From contig NC_082594.1 in NCBI RefSeq assembly GCF_030936135.1, positions 19,458,879 to 19,522,878 of the forward strand: a stretch of DNA of 64,000 nucleotides, in the 5' to 3' direction. The position numbers and the translations under genes were made by a program. Numbering within the stretch: position 1 is the first letter of the stretch; every line of letters begins with the position of its first letter. Below, in pieces: positions 49,044 to 59,776 of this stretch. Under the pieces are notes generated by a model, which saw nothing but the letters and a program-made list of their open reading frames with translations, was not told the origin of the DNA and ran no database searches. Origin of the DNA: Gavia stellata (Eukaryota).

Positions 49044-49395
49044 CATGTTAAGTACAGTAAGTAGAAAAATCAAAAATACTCCCAAATGGGATACTTGATG
49101 GCACTAAGAGTTAACATATTTCATAGTTGTCAAAGTGGACTGAGAATCCTCCAGACTGTACAATAATGGAGAGATTTCACAGCTAAGTTTGACGTGTTCT
49201 TCCAATCTTCATTCTCAGGGTAACAATGTCAGACATACTCATTCTATGTCCTCATTGTGAAGGTATGCTTTCAGAAGTTTTAAGCAAAGGCTAAACTGTC
49301 AGTAATGTTGACAACTAGAATTTGTTTTTTTAAAAAATACCTTGTGTCCACACTTCCACTCTTCTAATAAAATAAAACGCTGTTAAAAAAAATTG
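49044..49395 (+). other. RNF17: RNF17 3'UTR with poly(A) signal AATAAA (~49366-49371; cleavage expected ~49385-49400)
   Basis: First canonical AATAAA downstream of the stop (ctaataaaataaaacgc), followed by a T/A-rich stretch. Confidence 0.55.
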
Positions 49396-50393
49396 AATTT
49401 CTTTACATACACATTACTGAAGCCTACAGTATAGCTTTAAGAACTAACAGGTACTGAAACAAAGAGCCCTAAGGCAATGTAACAGAAAGAGCTTTTGCTG
49501 CCAGTAACTGAAGAAGCTAACTTGATATGTGGCAGTGTACTCTGCCCAAACAATCAAAATTAATTGTTTTTCTTCATTTTCAGCATTTGATCTCAATGTC
49601 CTGTGCCAGTGGTTCTCAGACAGATCCATGATAACATATGGATGTCCATACATCTGGTCAAACATGGCATATTTTAAATGAAAAGCTTTATAGTATATGT
49701 TGTCTACAGAGAATACTGGAGACTTGGATTTTGAAATTTCTTGGCCAACTCTATATATGTTAAGTAGTCCTTTTCCCTCCCATTTAATAAGCACTCTTCT
49801 CATCTATGGTTGTAGATAATGTTCCCAACACTTTTGAATCTTACAGTGAAACTGTGTATTGACATTTCAATCTCTTGACCTTAGAGCCTTAAGTATTGTT
49901 CTGTGATATCCTTTTCATAAGAGTAGACAGAATTAATGTATAGTCATAAAGAAATAGATAAAGCTGATGCTGGGCACACTTGTTCTAGTATCTTGTTAGA
50001 AGACTTGGAGGGAAGATGATAGTTTTGTTACTGTGATGTAACTCTTGTTTATGTTTTGGGCATATTTGGTGACAGACTTCTCCAGTACCAAAGTTTGGAA
50101 TCAGGAGTGAACAGTTGGGGGTGGGAGAGTGTTACTATCTTTTGTTCTGGGAACATGTTTGCATTGCTGCTGTGTTCTCTGTTTTCAGTCATGATGAGAT
50201 GGATGTGTTTTGGGTGTCCTTGCATCTCTTTCCTACTCCTGGAGCTGCACTGTTCATTTGAAAGCATTGGAATAAACAGGAGCTTGCTCAGCATGCATCT
50301 GAAAGCTTGTTTTCCTTTACTACTATAGTATGTACAGTTTCTTTGGATGTCTCTTTATTGTACTAGTGTAGTATATCCTTTACCTTTAAAGCT

Positions 50394-50442
50394 CAGCCCC
50401 CTTCAGTCTCCCCATGGTCAGCCCCTTTCAGTCTCCCCATGG
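50394..50442. repeat. Tandem duplication, ~2 x 24 bp (cagccccttcagtctccccatgg)
   Basis: cagcccccttcagtctccccatggtcagcccctttcagtctccccatgg. Confidence 0.8.
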
Positions 50443-50560
50443 AGAATTTTGTCTAGATTATCAATGAAAAAATATCACTGTGAAGACTCAACAGCCTCTC
50501 TGGGCAACCAGTTCCAGCACTCACAGTAAAAAAGTGTTTCTTCATGCTGTTCAGAGGGAA
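50395..50560 (-). mobile_element. Possible short CR1-related fragment in the RNF17/CENPJ intergenic or CENPJ 3'UTR region
   Basis: cctctctgggcaaccagttccagcactcacagtaaaaaag resembles the CR1 3' region motif (complement of WNRLP...). Preceded by a 24-25 bp tandem duplication (see feature 50394-50442). Weak call. Confidence 0.3.
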
Positions 50561-50799
50561 CTGCTTGTGTTTCAGTTTGTTCCCATGTTTGTGCACATCA
50601 CACATACCCTTATGCATGTTTCTTCCCTCAAGATCACATGAAAGCAAGTGTACAAAACTTAGTAGTGTTGCTCAGGTATGGTGCAGGGTAGCTTCCCATA
50701 TTATGCTAGCAGCAGAAGGATCCTTTCACAGTTTTAGTAGATAGTCTGGTATTAATCAGACATATACTATATGCTGTTGCAAATACCCTATAAGCTGTT

Positions 50800-51881
50800 G
50801 TATGCTGATCTTCAAAATGTGTTTATTTCATTATTTTCATTTTTAAAAAAAAAGTTGTTTTATCAAGCATGTTGAAAGGGACTTAGCCCTGAATTATGTT
50901 AGAGCTGCTGTTTAAGATTGCCAGAAAGGCCAAGACCTGCCTATCCACCCCACCAAGCAACTTCAGTAGTGGGAACTATGCTCACTCACAACTGCAAGTT
51001 GATTTACCCCTTGAGTAAAAAAGGGCACAGGCACAGTAACTACAGAGCTTGCTTTCACAGAGGTGAAGGACAGGGGGAAGGGGAACAAGGAGAAGAAAGT
51101 GATAATCCTCTACTGTGCAAGAGAACACAAAGTTTTCAGCATCCACTATAATGGAGAGTTACAGCAGACATTCTAACAGTACCACTTTGCTTGTAGATAA
51201 TGCAGAATTTTAAAGAGACAAGTCAGCTTAAAAATGCATGTTAGGTGGAAGAATTGGATGAGATGACCTTTGATGATTTCTGGTGGTTTCCTCCCACATT
51301 TCTGAGTAGCTTGGAGAATTAACCTTTCCCACAGTCTCACCTATCATAGCCTTATGAATATAGAAGAGCAGTTTACAGAACAGAGTTTGCAGTTTGCTAA
51401 TGCTATTGCCTCCTAACTGTGAGATTAAGAAAAAATAAGATGAAGGAAAAAAAATAGCCTAAGGCTAACTGAAAAGGAATGCTGCCATTCATTTTTAAGT
51501 CAAGCAGTAAGTAAACTGATACCCAGACTCTTAAATCTGTCCATGTGCTGTATTTCACCACAGCAGGGGTTCCAACAGCATAACTTTGAGGAATTTTCTC
51601 TTAGATGTGTAAAATAAGGTAATTACAGCTGTTTGATGAATTTTCACTGACAGTTGATTTAAAAAGCACCCTTTAAACCACATGTGACAGAATACTGAAT
51701 CAATAAACTGCTTCTTAAAAGCAGAAATGGGAAAAAATTAGAAAAAGCTTTGATATAGTAACACCCACTGAAAAATAAATAATATATACACAACAGAATA
51801 ATATATACACAAGCTTCTTGTTTACAGGAATGTACATTATTTTTGCTGATGTGCTAACACTTCCAACAGTTTTGACATTAC
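50800..51881 (-). other. CENPJ: CENPJ 3'UTR (minus strand); candidate poly(A) signal is the complement of tttatt at 50822-50827
   Basis: No complemented AATAAA or ATTAAA lies between the stop (51882) and 50828. The first is gtttatttca at 50822, which implies a ~1 kb UTR. The end point is uncertain. Confidence 0.35.
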
Positions 51882-52074
51882 CTACAATTTAGTGTCCATG
51901 ATAATATTACCATCCTTGTCCTTTACTCTTACTCTCCCAGAGACATACTTTGTTTCCTGCTGTCCATTCATGTACACAGTCTTGACAGTACCATCTGGAT
52001 ACTCCCGTCTCTTGAACTGTGATGTGTGTAGTTCTCTCTGGCCATTATTGAACTCTATAGTTTTGCTTCCATCT
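51882..52074 (-). CDS. CENPJ: CENPJ terminal coding exon, end of G-box ([63 protein letters not shown])
   Basis: Reverse complement of 51882-52074; acceptor tttaatgcag|agatgg; stop TAG = complement of 51882-51884. Very close to the human CPAP C-terminus [34 protein letters not shown]...RVKDKEGNVLMDTEL*. Confidence 0.85.
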
Positions 52075-52681
52075 CTGCATTAAATAAAGGTATGTAAGTA
52101 TTTAAAAAAAACCACCAAGCAAACATTGTAAGGATTACACATAGGCTTAAACTTAATCTCAGAACAAACATTAAATATGCAAGCCTAAATGAAAGAAGAA
52201 CTTAAATACAGTATTTGTGAAAAGCCTGTTTGTTAAATACCATCCCAGCTGGCTGGTACTCAAAGACCTGTTTCTGCAAAACTGACGTAACTTTTTTATA
52301 CTTGAGAGCTTCGACCACACTAAATCTATTGCTGCAGTAGTCCAAGAAAAGTTTAAAACTTAATGTTTTGATCACTATCATTTTGGATGTCAGACCTGCT
52401 TGCTGCATCAACTAGTTTCTCACATGTTCTCTAGAATTATGCACAAATCTGAAAAATCTCAGGTTAGGGTATGAGAAAATACACACAGGCATGCAGTCTT
52501 TATGTCCCCTTCAAACTACAAAAAAAATTAAAGTTTCAAACAGTAAGTACACATTCACAGTACAGTATATTCAAATGTGAGATTCTAGAAATAGATGTGT
52601 CACCCTATACTGCCTCTATCAGTGAGCCCTAACTGCTACTTTCCCATCAACAGGCTAGGGTACCTGTAAAGGTAAAGCTTA

Positions 52682-52816
<135 letters not shown>

Positions 52817-52918
52817 TTAAGACAATATGCTTATTACATAAACACAGGTGTGTATATATATATTTTATATATCTGGACAGCAATTTTGAGGGTTGGTTGG
52901 GCTGGATGATTTCTTTAC

Positions 52919-53003
52919 CTATTTGTCCATTTGAAAATTGCAGGACCTCTAAGCCATCAGAGTATGTAGTATGGGTAGTCTTAGCATCAGCATAATAGTA
53001 AAT
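52919..53003 (-). CDS. CENPJ: CENPJ G-box exon ([28 protein letters not shown]-)
   Basis: Acceptor tctgcag|attt; donor aaatag|gtaaag; phase joins the next exon to give ...NGQI-E-KHYPDG. Confidence 0.8.
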
Positions 53004-53115
53004 CTGCAGAAAACAGTTGAGATATAACTATGAGAAATTTTCTATATGTGTGTGTTTACATATGTGTGCATAAATAAATATTTATAGAAAAGCGCAGAAG
53101 GTGTAGTATACATAC

Positions 53116-53256
53116 CACTGTTTGATCAGGCATAACCTGCTTCACATCCCCATTGAAAAAGGTTATAGTTACGGTCTTCCCATCAGAACCCACTTTTTTC
53201 CATGTCCCATTGGGGAAAAATATGAGGTGACAGCCATTTTTCAAAACCTTTTCAAC
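53116..53256 (-). CDS. CENPJ: CENPJ G-box exon ([47 protein letters not shown])
   Basis: ORF 53056..53244 (-); acceptor cattag|gttgaa; donor cagtg|gtatgt; TCP10/G-box repeat pattern FPNGT..K....DG.....F.NGD.K...PD. Confidence 0.85.
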
Positions 53257-53366
53257 CTAATGAATACATTACAGAGAAGTCAGTATTGAGCCATCACACT
53301 CACATTCTCATTCCTCTTTCACAACAGCTGTCATGTGGCATTTCGGAGTGCCGAGCTCTCGTTTTA

Positions 53367-53465
53367 CCTTTCCATCAGGATAAGCAGTTTCTCTCTGTAT
53401 CTCTTCACTGTCTGTATATGTCAGTCCAGATGGTGGTGACACAAGAGCTTCATTAGGAGAGGTGT
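53367..53465 (-). CDS. CENPJ: CENPJ exon preceding the G-box (DTSPNEALVSPPSGLTYTDSEEIQRETAYPDGK)
   Basis: Part of ORF 53308..53493 (-); acceptor catttcag|gacacc; donor gaaag|gtaaaa; phase 0 to 0; ends in a YPDGK G-box motif. Confidence 0.75.
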
Positions 53466-54176
53466 CCTGAAATGACAACAATAATCTAAGCATAAACTCA
53501 AATCAAGCTTTGTCTTTGCATGTTTTTTTTCCTAGGCTGACAGGTATTTTAGGAAACAAGGAGCATCAGGGGAGGAAGACAAGTATAGGAAGGCATAAAC
53601 ACAATCTGGGTTTTATGCAACTCCTAGTGTAATTTAAATGGTAAGACAGACAGACTCAGCAATAATTGGTTGTCTGTGGTCAGCTGTAGTCTGCATTAAA
53701 GTGGAATTCAGTGTTGCGTTGTACATGGTGCTCAACTGCCTTAAGTCATCCATATCAAGGTATGAAACAGTTGATGAAGTTTTATTAAACCTGAATGCTA
53801 CCTACAGCAATTAATGTAAGAATTCATTCAACTGTTTACAAGATTCTTGCACAGTTGCCCTACATGGAGCATATAAACATCCATCTTTTTGCCCTTTCAA
53901 AAGGTAAAAAATTTTGCAAAATTCTAGGGGGCAGGATACTATTATTTTCTTTCCTCAAAGAATGCTGCAACTACTAGACACAGGTAAAACACTCTGCATT
54001 GACTACTACATAGCCATTTTCTGGTACGACAATAAAATTGCAGTTGAAGAACATAAGGTGAGCCAACAGCTTCACCAGTCACCCTCCAGATACTTGTTTA
54101 AGTACAAGTAACTATTGCTTTATTTTAGGCTTTTTCCTCCCCCTTCAAAATCAAATCAAGATACAGGACTTACTAC

Positions 54177-54271
54177 CATAAAAGTCCTAGAAGAATCTTC
54201 CGGTGCAGTCACTGCCTCAGAGCTGCTTCTGTCATTAGCAGGTGCTGATGCAGGTGTTCTAGAAAGCTTCC
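54177..54271 (-). CDS. CENPJ: CENPJ coding exon (-GKLSRTPASAPANDRSSSEAVTAPEDSSRTFM)
   Basis: Part of ORF 54156..54392 (-); strong acceptor (ttattatgtgtattggaatag|gg) and donor (tatg|gtagta). The 3' side is phase-compatible, but the exon needs 1 nt from an upstream exon that I have not found. Confidence 0.6.
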
Positions 54272-55931
54272 CTATTCCAATACACATAATAAAGTTACAT
54301 TTGGATAGTAAAATTAAAGTACAGTTTAAAAGTGTTACAATTACGTGTGAGGTCAAGTTATACAAGACACCTACATTTAAGTGCAGTAGCAACTGAAAGC
54401 AGTGTATTTATGAAACGAATCAGCATAAGCTGATTCATTGCTTCATGTATCAGCAAGAAGCTAAACTGAAGAATCATTGCAACAGGCATAATATTTGCAC
54501 TTTCTCTCTTACTTCATTTCTGTAGGCTTACAAAGGATTTTTTTCCCCCCCTTAGGGATCTAGACAACATTTTTAGTTAACGCCTTATAATGAATAAAGG
54601 AAGACTAACGTAACCTTTTAACAGGAACTGATTGGCAGACTTTTCCCATGTCTCTCCTAGCACGCCAGAAAGATTACCAAAAAATAAAACAGCAAGGGCT
54701 TCAGTTCTGGAATATACTCCTCTAACATATAACATAATGGTGGTTTGAGCTGTCAGAGGTGTCAAAAGAGTACCCTCCAGTTACTTTCCTTATGTGATTA
54801 TTCATTAGTAAGGGGTATAGCTCCCAACAGCATTTGCTCCTAACTGTGAACAAGAACACCTGCTACAGCATTGCCCATATGATTACAGACCCTGATAACA
54901 GAAGGTTCTGAAGAGACACAGCAGTTCCAACACTGTTAACATCTGCGGCTTGGAGAACATCAATGATGAACACCATCCTGGGTTACAGAATGCAGCTCCT
55001 GGTACCCTCAAGAGCGCCATACATGACTAGAAGACCAGAATGGTCTCATCATAGCTTTCTCCAGAGTCTTACCCTGGGAGGTATTTATCCATATGCTCAA
55101 GTCCATTACAACTATTATCTATCTACTTCTGAGGTGGTGATGCACTCTTCTTAAAAAAAAGCAAAAATCCACATTTTCTTTGAAAGAGTTAAACATAATT
55201 CTCTAATTAGACAAACATTTATACCTTTTGCTTGTGAATAACTTTTGCCATTTATCTTGCTGCACTTCTGTACTGGAAGCAGAGATGCAGTTTGACTTTT
55301 TGGGCCTCTATTTGGTAGACACTAAAAGAAAGGAAGTTATTTGTGGTTTGTGAAATTTATTCATAACTATTCATACAGCAGCAACAAAATTTATACACCA
55401 TGTGACATGAAGTTTACTGGAAGCTTTCTTCACAAATATTTGAGATGTAGTCAGCGGAAGGGCTTGTGTGATGTAGCCAAAGCTATACTTTGGAACTCTT
55501 CCTCTGTCTGCTGCCTCACTACCAGCAACTGCAGAATGTTAATTTGGTGCAAGCCATCCAGAATAATAGTTACCATTTAAAAACTAAATATAATTGCTTT
55601 AGAAAATTATGAACTGCGTTGTTTGCCTGGCAGATCCTTAAGGTGCAGAGGCTCACAAGTTAAGTCCCCATCTATGATTTTTCTCTTATAATTGCATCAT
55701 TTTGAATTTCTAAGATGAGTTCCTCAACAGAATGGATGCTGTATATTGTGAACATTCACATTTGGAGAGAATGTGACACGAACAAAATTCTTGGTCTGTC
55801 AGCATTAGTGGAGTCCCAAGCTTAATAAATTCAAAGTAAACATCTAGGTTGTAGCTACTGGATTCCAAGTTTATAATCCAAAACTCAGTATTAACACAGA
55901 TGAATTTAAAACACCAAGATTAGTAACTTAC

Positions 55932-56171
55932 ATGTTCTGCTCTTTTTAGAGTTATCTCAGAATTTTCTATTTTCCTCTTGCTTCCAGCAGCTTCTACTTT
56001 CTTCCAGGCTTCTAGACGAAACCTCTCCATAATTTTGACTTCCTCTTTTAGCTCCATATTCTCATTTATTAAAGCTTCTATTTGATCTTTCAGGCGTCGA
56101 TGGGTGGTTGACCATTTTGCTTCTTTTCGTTTTAAATCTTCCTGTAACTCTGCAATCTGCTGTTTTAAAGC
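55932..56171 (-). CDS. CENPJ: CENPJ coiled-coil exon (ALKQQIAELQEDLKRKEAKWSTTHRRLKDQIEALINENMELKEEVKIMERFRLEAWKKVEAAGSKRKIENSEITLKRAEH)
   Basis: Reverse complement, open 80 codons; acceptor ttttctgag|gct; donor cat|gtaagt; heptad-like charged coiled-coil composition; phase 0 in and out. Confidence 0.7.
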
Positions 56172-56311
56172 CTCAGAAAAATGCGTATTTATAAATTAAA
56201 GAGCTTTTTAGAAAATATTTTAGTATATTTTTTAGATTTTAATGTTCTAATAGACATACAAGCATAAAAAAGCATGAGTGGCAAAAAAAATAAGATCAGC
56301 TTAATGGGGCA

Positions 56312-56378
56312 GAGAGTGAAAAGGAGAAGAATTTTTCTTCCCTGAGAGTGAAAAGGAGAAGAATTTTTCTTCCCTGAA
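56312..56378. repeat. Tandem duplication, 2 x 32 bp (gagagtgaaaaggagaagaatttttcttccct)
   Basis: cagagagtgaaaaggagaagaatttttcttccctgagagtgaaaaggagaagaatttttcttccctgaaag; two perfect copies in a CENPJ intron. Confidence 0.9.
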
Positions 56379-57227
56379 AGGGGTATTATTTACTTTAGAC
56401 TACCAACTTTATAAGTTCAACTTCAAATCACAGAAGTGTCTTTATTGCCCTGTTGGCATCCTTTACACTTCATAGACCAGCCAGTACAAATACACTTGAG
56501 ACAGAAACATGAAATCTTTAAGGCTACCCTTGAGAGGGCCCTTCAAAAATCTTGGCACAGGAAAATAGGGAGGACTCAATCACATAAAACACATGTGAAT
56601 CTGCCTAGGCAGTCTAGCAAGTGTTACTTCAATCTGTTGAAGTTACATAAGCAAAATTTGTAGGGAATGAGGAGGGAGATCCATGTGTGATGTTTAATAC
56701 AACTGTTTGTACATCTCGTGTACCATACATCCTGATAATGAAGGAACAAACAGATGGTTTTTCTTACATCTCTGATACCTAAAAACCTACAAGTAATAAC
56801 AAAATATAACTGTGAAAGTTGTAAATGATTACTACATTTACTATACAAAAGTTATAGACAGAATAAAACTCAAGTACATTTCTAGTCTGCATTTTGATCC
56901 ACTACCATGAATAAAAAACCAACCTTACAACTTATTATTAACTACATTAATTTTGTACCAAAGTTGAAGATTAGTCTACCATAATCATGAGCAGTTTTTA
57001 GTATGGAAACATCACAAAAAGATTTGCTCATCAGGGGTTTTTGCCTTAAAACCACCAAACAACGTTGTGAAGACTGTAGTCCCTTCCTCAGTTAAGCCAT
57101 GCCTACTAACAGTTCCCATCTTGAAATCACTTGCAACCTTTCAATTAAGTTAGAATTTAGTACTCGACTGCCTTTAAATGAATTTAAGCGTTCCTGTGTA
57201 GACCAGAAGAACAATATATTTTTATAC

Positions 57228-57393
57228 CTGAATTTCATCACGTTCTTTTTTGTCTGGAATTGCTCTAGCTTCTGTGGTATATTTTTCGAAAACTTTACGT
57301 TCCTTTTGCAGTTTTTTCATTTCTTTGTTTCTATATTCTTCTATTTCAGCCAGTTGTTGGGCTTTCTGCTGTTGAAAGTTGGCAATTTCTCTC
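57228..57393 (-). CDS. CENPJ: CENPJ coiled-coil exon ([55 protein letters not shown])
   Basis: ORF 57222..57410 (-); acceptor aattatag|gagag; donor ttcag|gtataa. Confidence 0.8.
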
Positions 57394-58232
57394 CTATAAT
57401 TATGAAACAAAAGTTGTTGTTCTAGCCCAAAACTACTTCAAATCTGGAATTTGAGGAAGAAAATGAAGACTCTGAATTTGTGGTCATCGATTCCAATCCA
57501 GCATCTGTTACCCCCAGGAAGACTTACCTATAAATGGTATTACTTATTTAAGGGGTAAGAATTGTCACACAGCTTGTGTTTGAAGTCCAACAATTTCTAT
57601 TTTTATATCTTCTAGTCACAAAAGTTATCCTGAATTTAACAAAGCTTTGGCTAAAATCTTCCAACATTCTTCAAAGCAGTAGAACACCATTCCCCCAAAA
57701 GTACCAGGGAAAAGAATCTGGTAACAGCAGGAAGTCACAAATTAAACATTAGCCAACAACGTGATGCTGTTTCCAAACAAAACAAAAGTGACTTTGGTAG
57801 GAATAGGTATGCCACATTTAAGTCACCAGAGATAATTATTCTGCTCTATATATCACTTATAAGTCCATCAGTTCAAATTAAAATATTCTGTTTGTACACA
57901 CAAACATCCAATCCAAAGGAAGAGCATCGATCATGTTAGCATGAAGATCAGTTTTGAAGACAAATTTAGGACTGTGTTACCACTCAGAACAGAAGTATAC
58001 AAATTCTCCCAAGTATAGCCTTTAAGGATGTCATATTAAACTAGCAGGGGTTCTTAATATTGTAATTTGTGTGTGAGTAATAATTACAGTTTAATATATA
58101 CATAGAGCAACAACAAGTTTCTTGACCTATGTCTCCACTGTAACTGAAACACACCAATTATTTATCTGTGCTGTTGGAAACTGGAACATACTATGCAAGT
58201 GAATACATCAAAATGTTTCAATTAAAAATTAC

Positions 58233-58365
58233 CTGATATTTGCCAAGGCATGTTCTCTTTCTTCACGGAGTTTAGTTAGAGTTTTGTTTTCAGCTCTGAA
58301 TCTCTCTATTTCAGTTTCCAATTCAGTGAGTCTCTCTCTCAATACCTGGGATGGAACAGTGTTTC
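58233..58365 (-). CDS. CENPJ: CENPJ coiled-coil exon ([43 protein letters not shown])
   Basis: Acceptor ctttgacag|gaaac; donor atcag|gtaatt; only one frame is open; phase joins the big upstream exon (...PGVG-NTV...) and the next exon (...ANI-R-REIANF). Confidence 0.75.
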
Positions 58366-58441
58366 CTGTCAAAGAAAACCAAATGCAAGTTATCTAAGAA
58401 GCATCTGTAAGACTGAAGTGAACAGTTATCACACACCAGTT

Positions 58442-58474
58442 AAAAAAAAGGGAAAAAAAAAAAAAAAAAAAAAA
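58442..58474. repeat. A-rich tract, (A)8GGG(A)22, in a CENPJ intron
   Basis: ttaaaaaaaagggaaaaaaaaaaaaaaaaaaaaatcaag. Confidence 0.85.
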
Positions 58475-59776
58475 TCAAGTGATACTATTTTAGAGATACT
58501 AGTAGTATTGAAAAAATTTCTACTATTCAAATAACACAGAAGTGACATTTTAAATCACTCTGCACTATTTACTCAAGTACCTCTAATACTGAGTATATCT
58601 GTCATCTTTGTAGAACTAAATATGTATTAGGAATTGGAATGTGAAGGGCTTCACGCCAAGCTAGAGAAATTAAATGAAGGTATAAGGAAAGTTTATGGTT
58701 GTAAATTTTTTCCAAGTTTTATTCACAACAAAGTCTGTTCACACCCATCACTGATGCGAAATCTATTGCAAAGGCTGATAATAGGATGTTGGCTTTTTTG
58801 CCATCCCAGTTTCCTGTTCAGTCACTACATAACAATACCAGGGTTTTAATAGTCTGCTTCTGAATATGCAAGAGAAGAGCCTAAATACTGAAATTGCAGT
58901 GTAGGTAGTTGCCTCATTCACCCTTAAATGCTCTTGGATTCAGTAAAAAACCCTACCCCTCTTCCTGCAAACAATATCTAGCAGGCATCTTTAGACAACC
59001 CTACAGAATCAATTCACAAAACAGTAAGCAGACGTAGCAGCTTTCATATGAACCACTCATAAAAACCTAAACAAAACCCTAAGCATTCGTTGGAGCAGAG
59101 TTTGAAACCAAGATCTCACCACCTTACAGAGAAGAGATTTAAATGCTAGGCTATGTCATCATGCTTCCACTGAACTGCATTTTTAATGATCTCACATAAA
59201 TGCAACAGCTTCAACAGGAGCTTTTAGAGGCAGTCCTTCCCCAGACTATAACCATATGGTCGACATCAACTTGGGCAAAGCAGAAAAATGAATCCATGTT
59301 TCGATATTCCCTGTGAATTGTCTAGATACTATAATACCGTCAGAAAATGCAGACAGGGCCGTTACCTTCTTATATTTTATAAGGGGAACAAGCTAACGTA
59401 ACAGTGCATAGCATTACCCTACTGTGGTGTAAATGCGCACTGTCACTGGAAAGGGAGGTACCACTTCATTTTCAGCATGCCTCTGATACTTTCCTTGATT
59501 TGGAAACAGTGATCAAGCAGCTCCAGATCAAGTTAGTTCCATGAGCTGGTCTGACAGAAAGCTAGCCTCCAGGAAAAAACAAAAAATAAAATAAAAAAGA
59601 AAGAAGTTTTCACTGATCGTACTCATTCTGCAAGCTGCAGGAAAGGAGATAAAAGGTGAGACTAGGGCCATTCCCTGCAGCAAAAGTCTGTACTTACACC
59701 CTTTGGTGCAATGTCACGTTGCAGCTTAAGCGTTAGAAGGAAAGACTTGTAACATGTCTTCTTCAACATTTCCTAC

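Noticed and set aside
54577-54765. 62-aa minus ORF (..SGVLGETWEKSANQFLLKG..) as the missing CENPJ exon
   Set aside because: It is hydrophobic with no CENPJ-like motif, and the possible splice phases do not match the required phase-0-in / phase-1-out.
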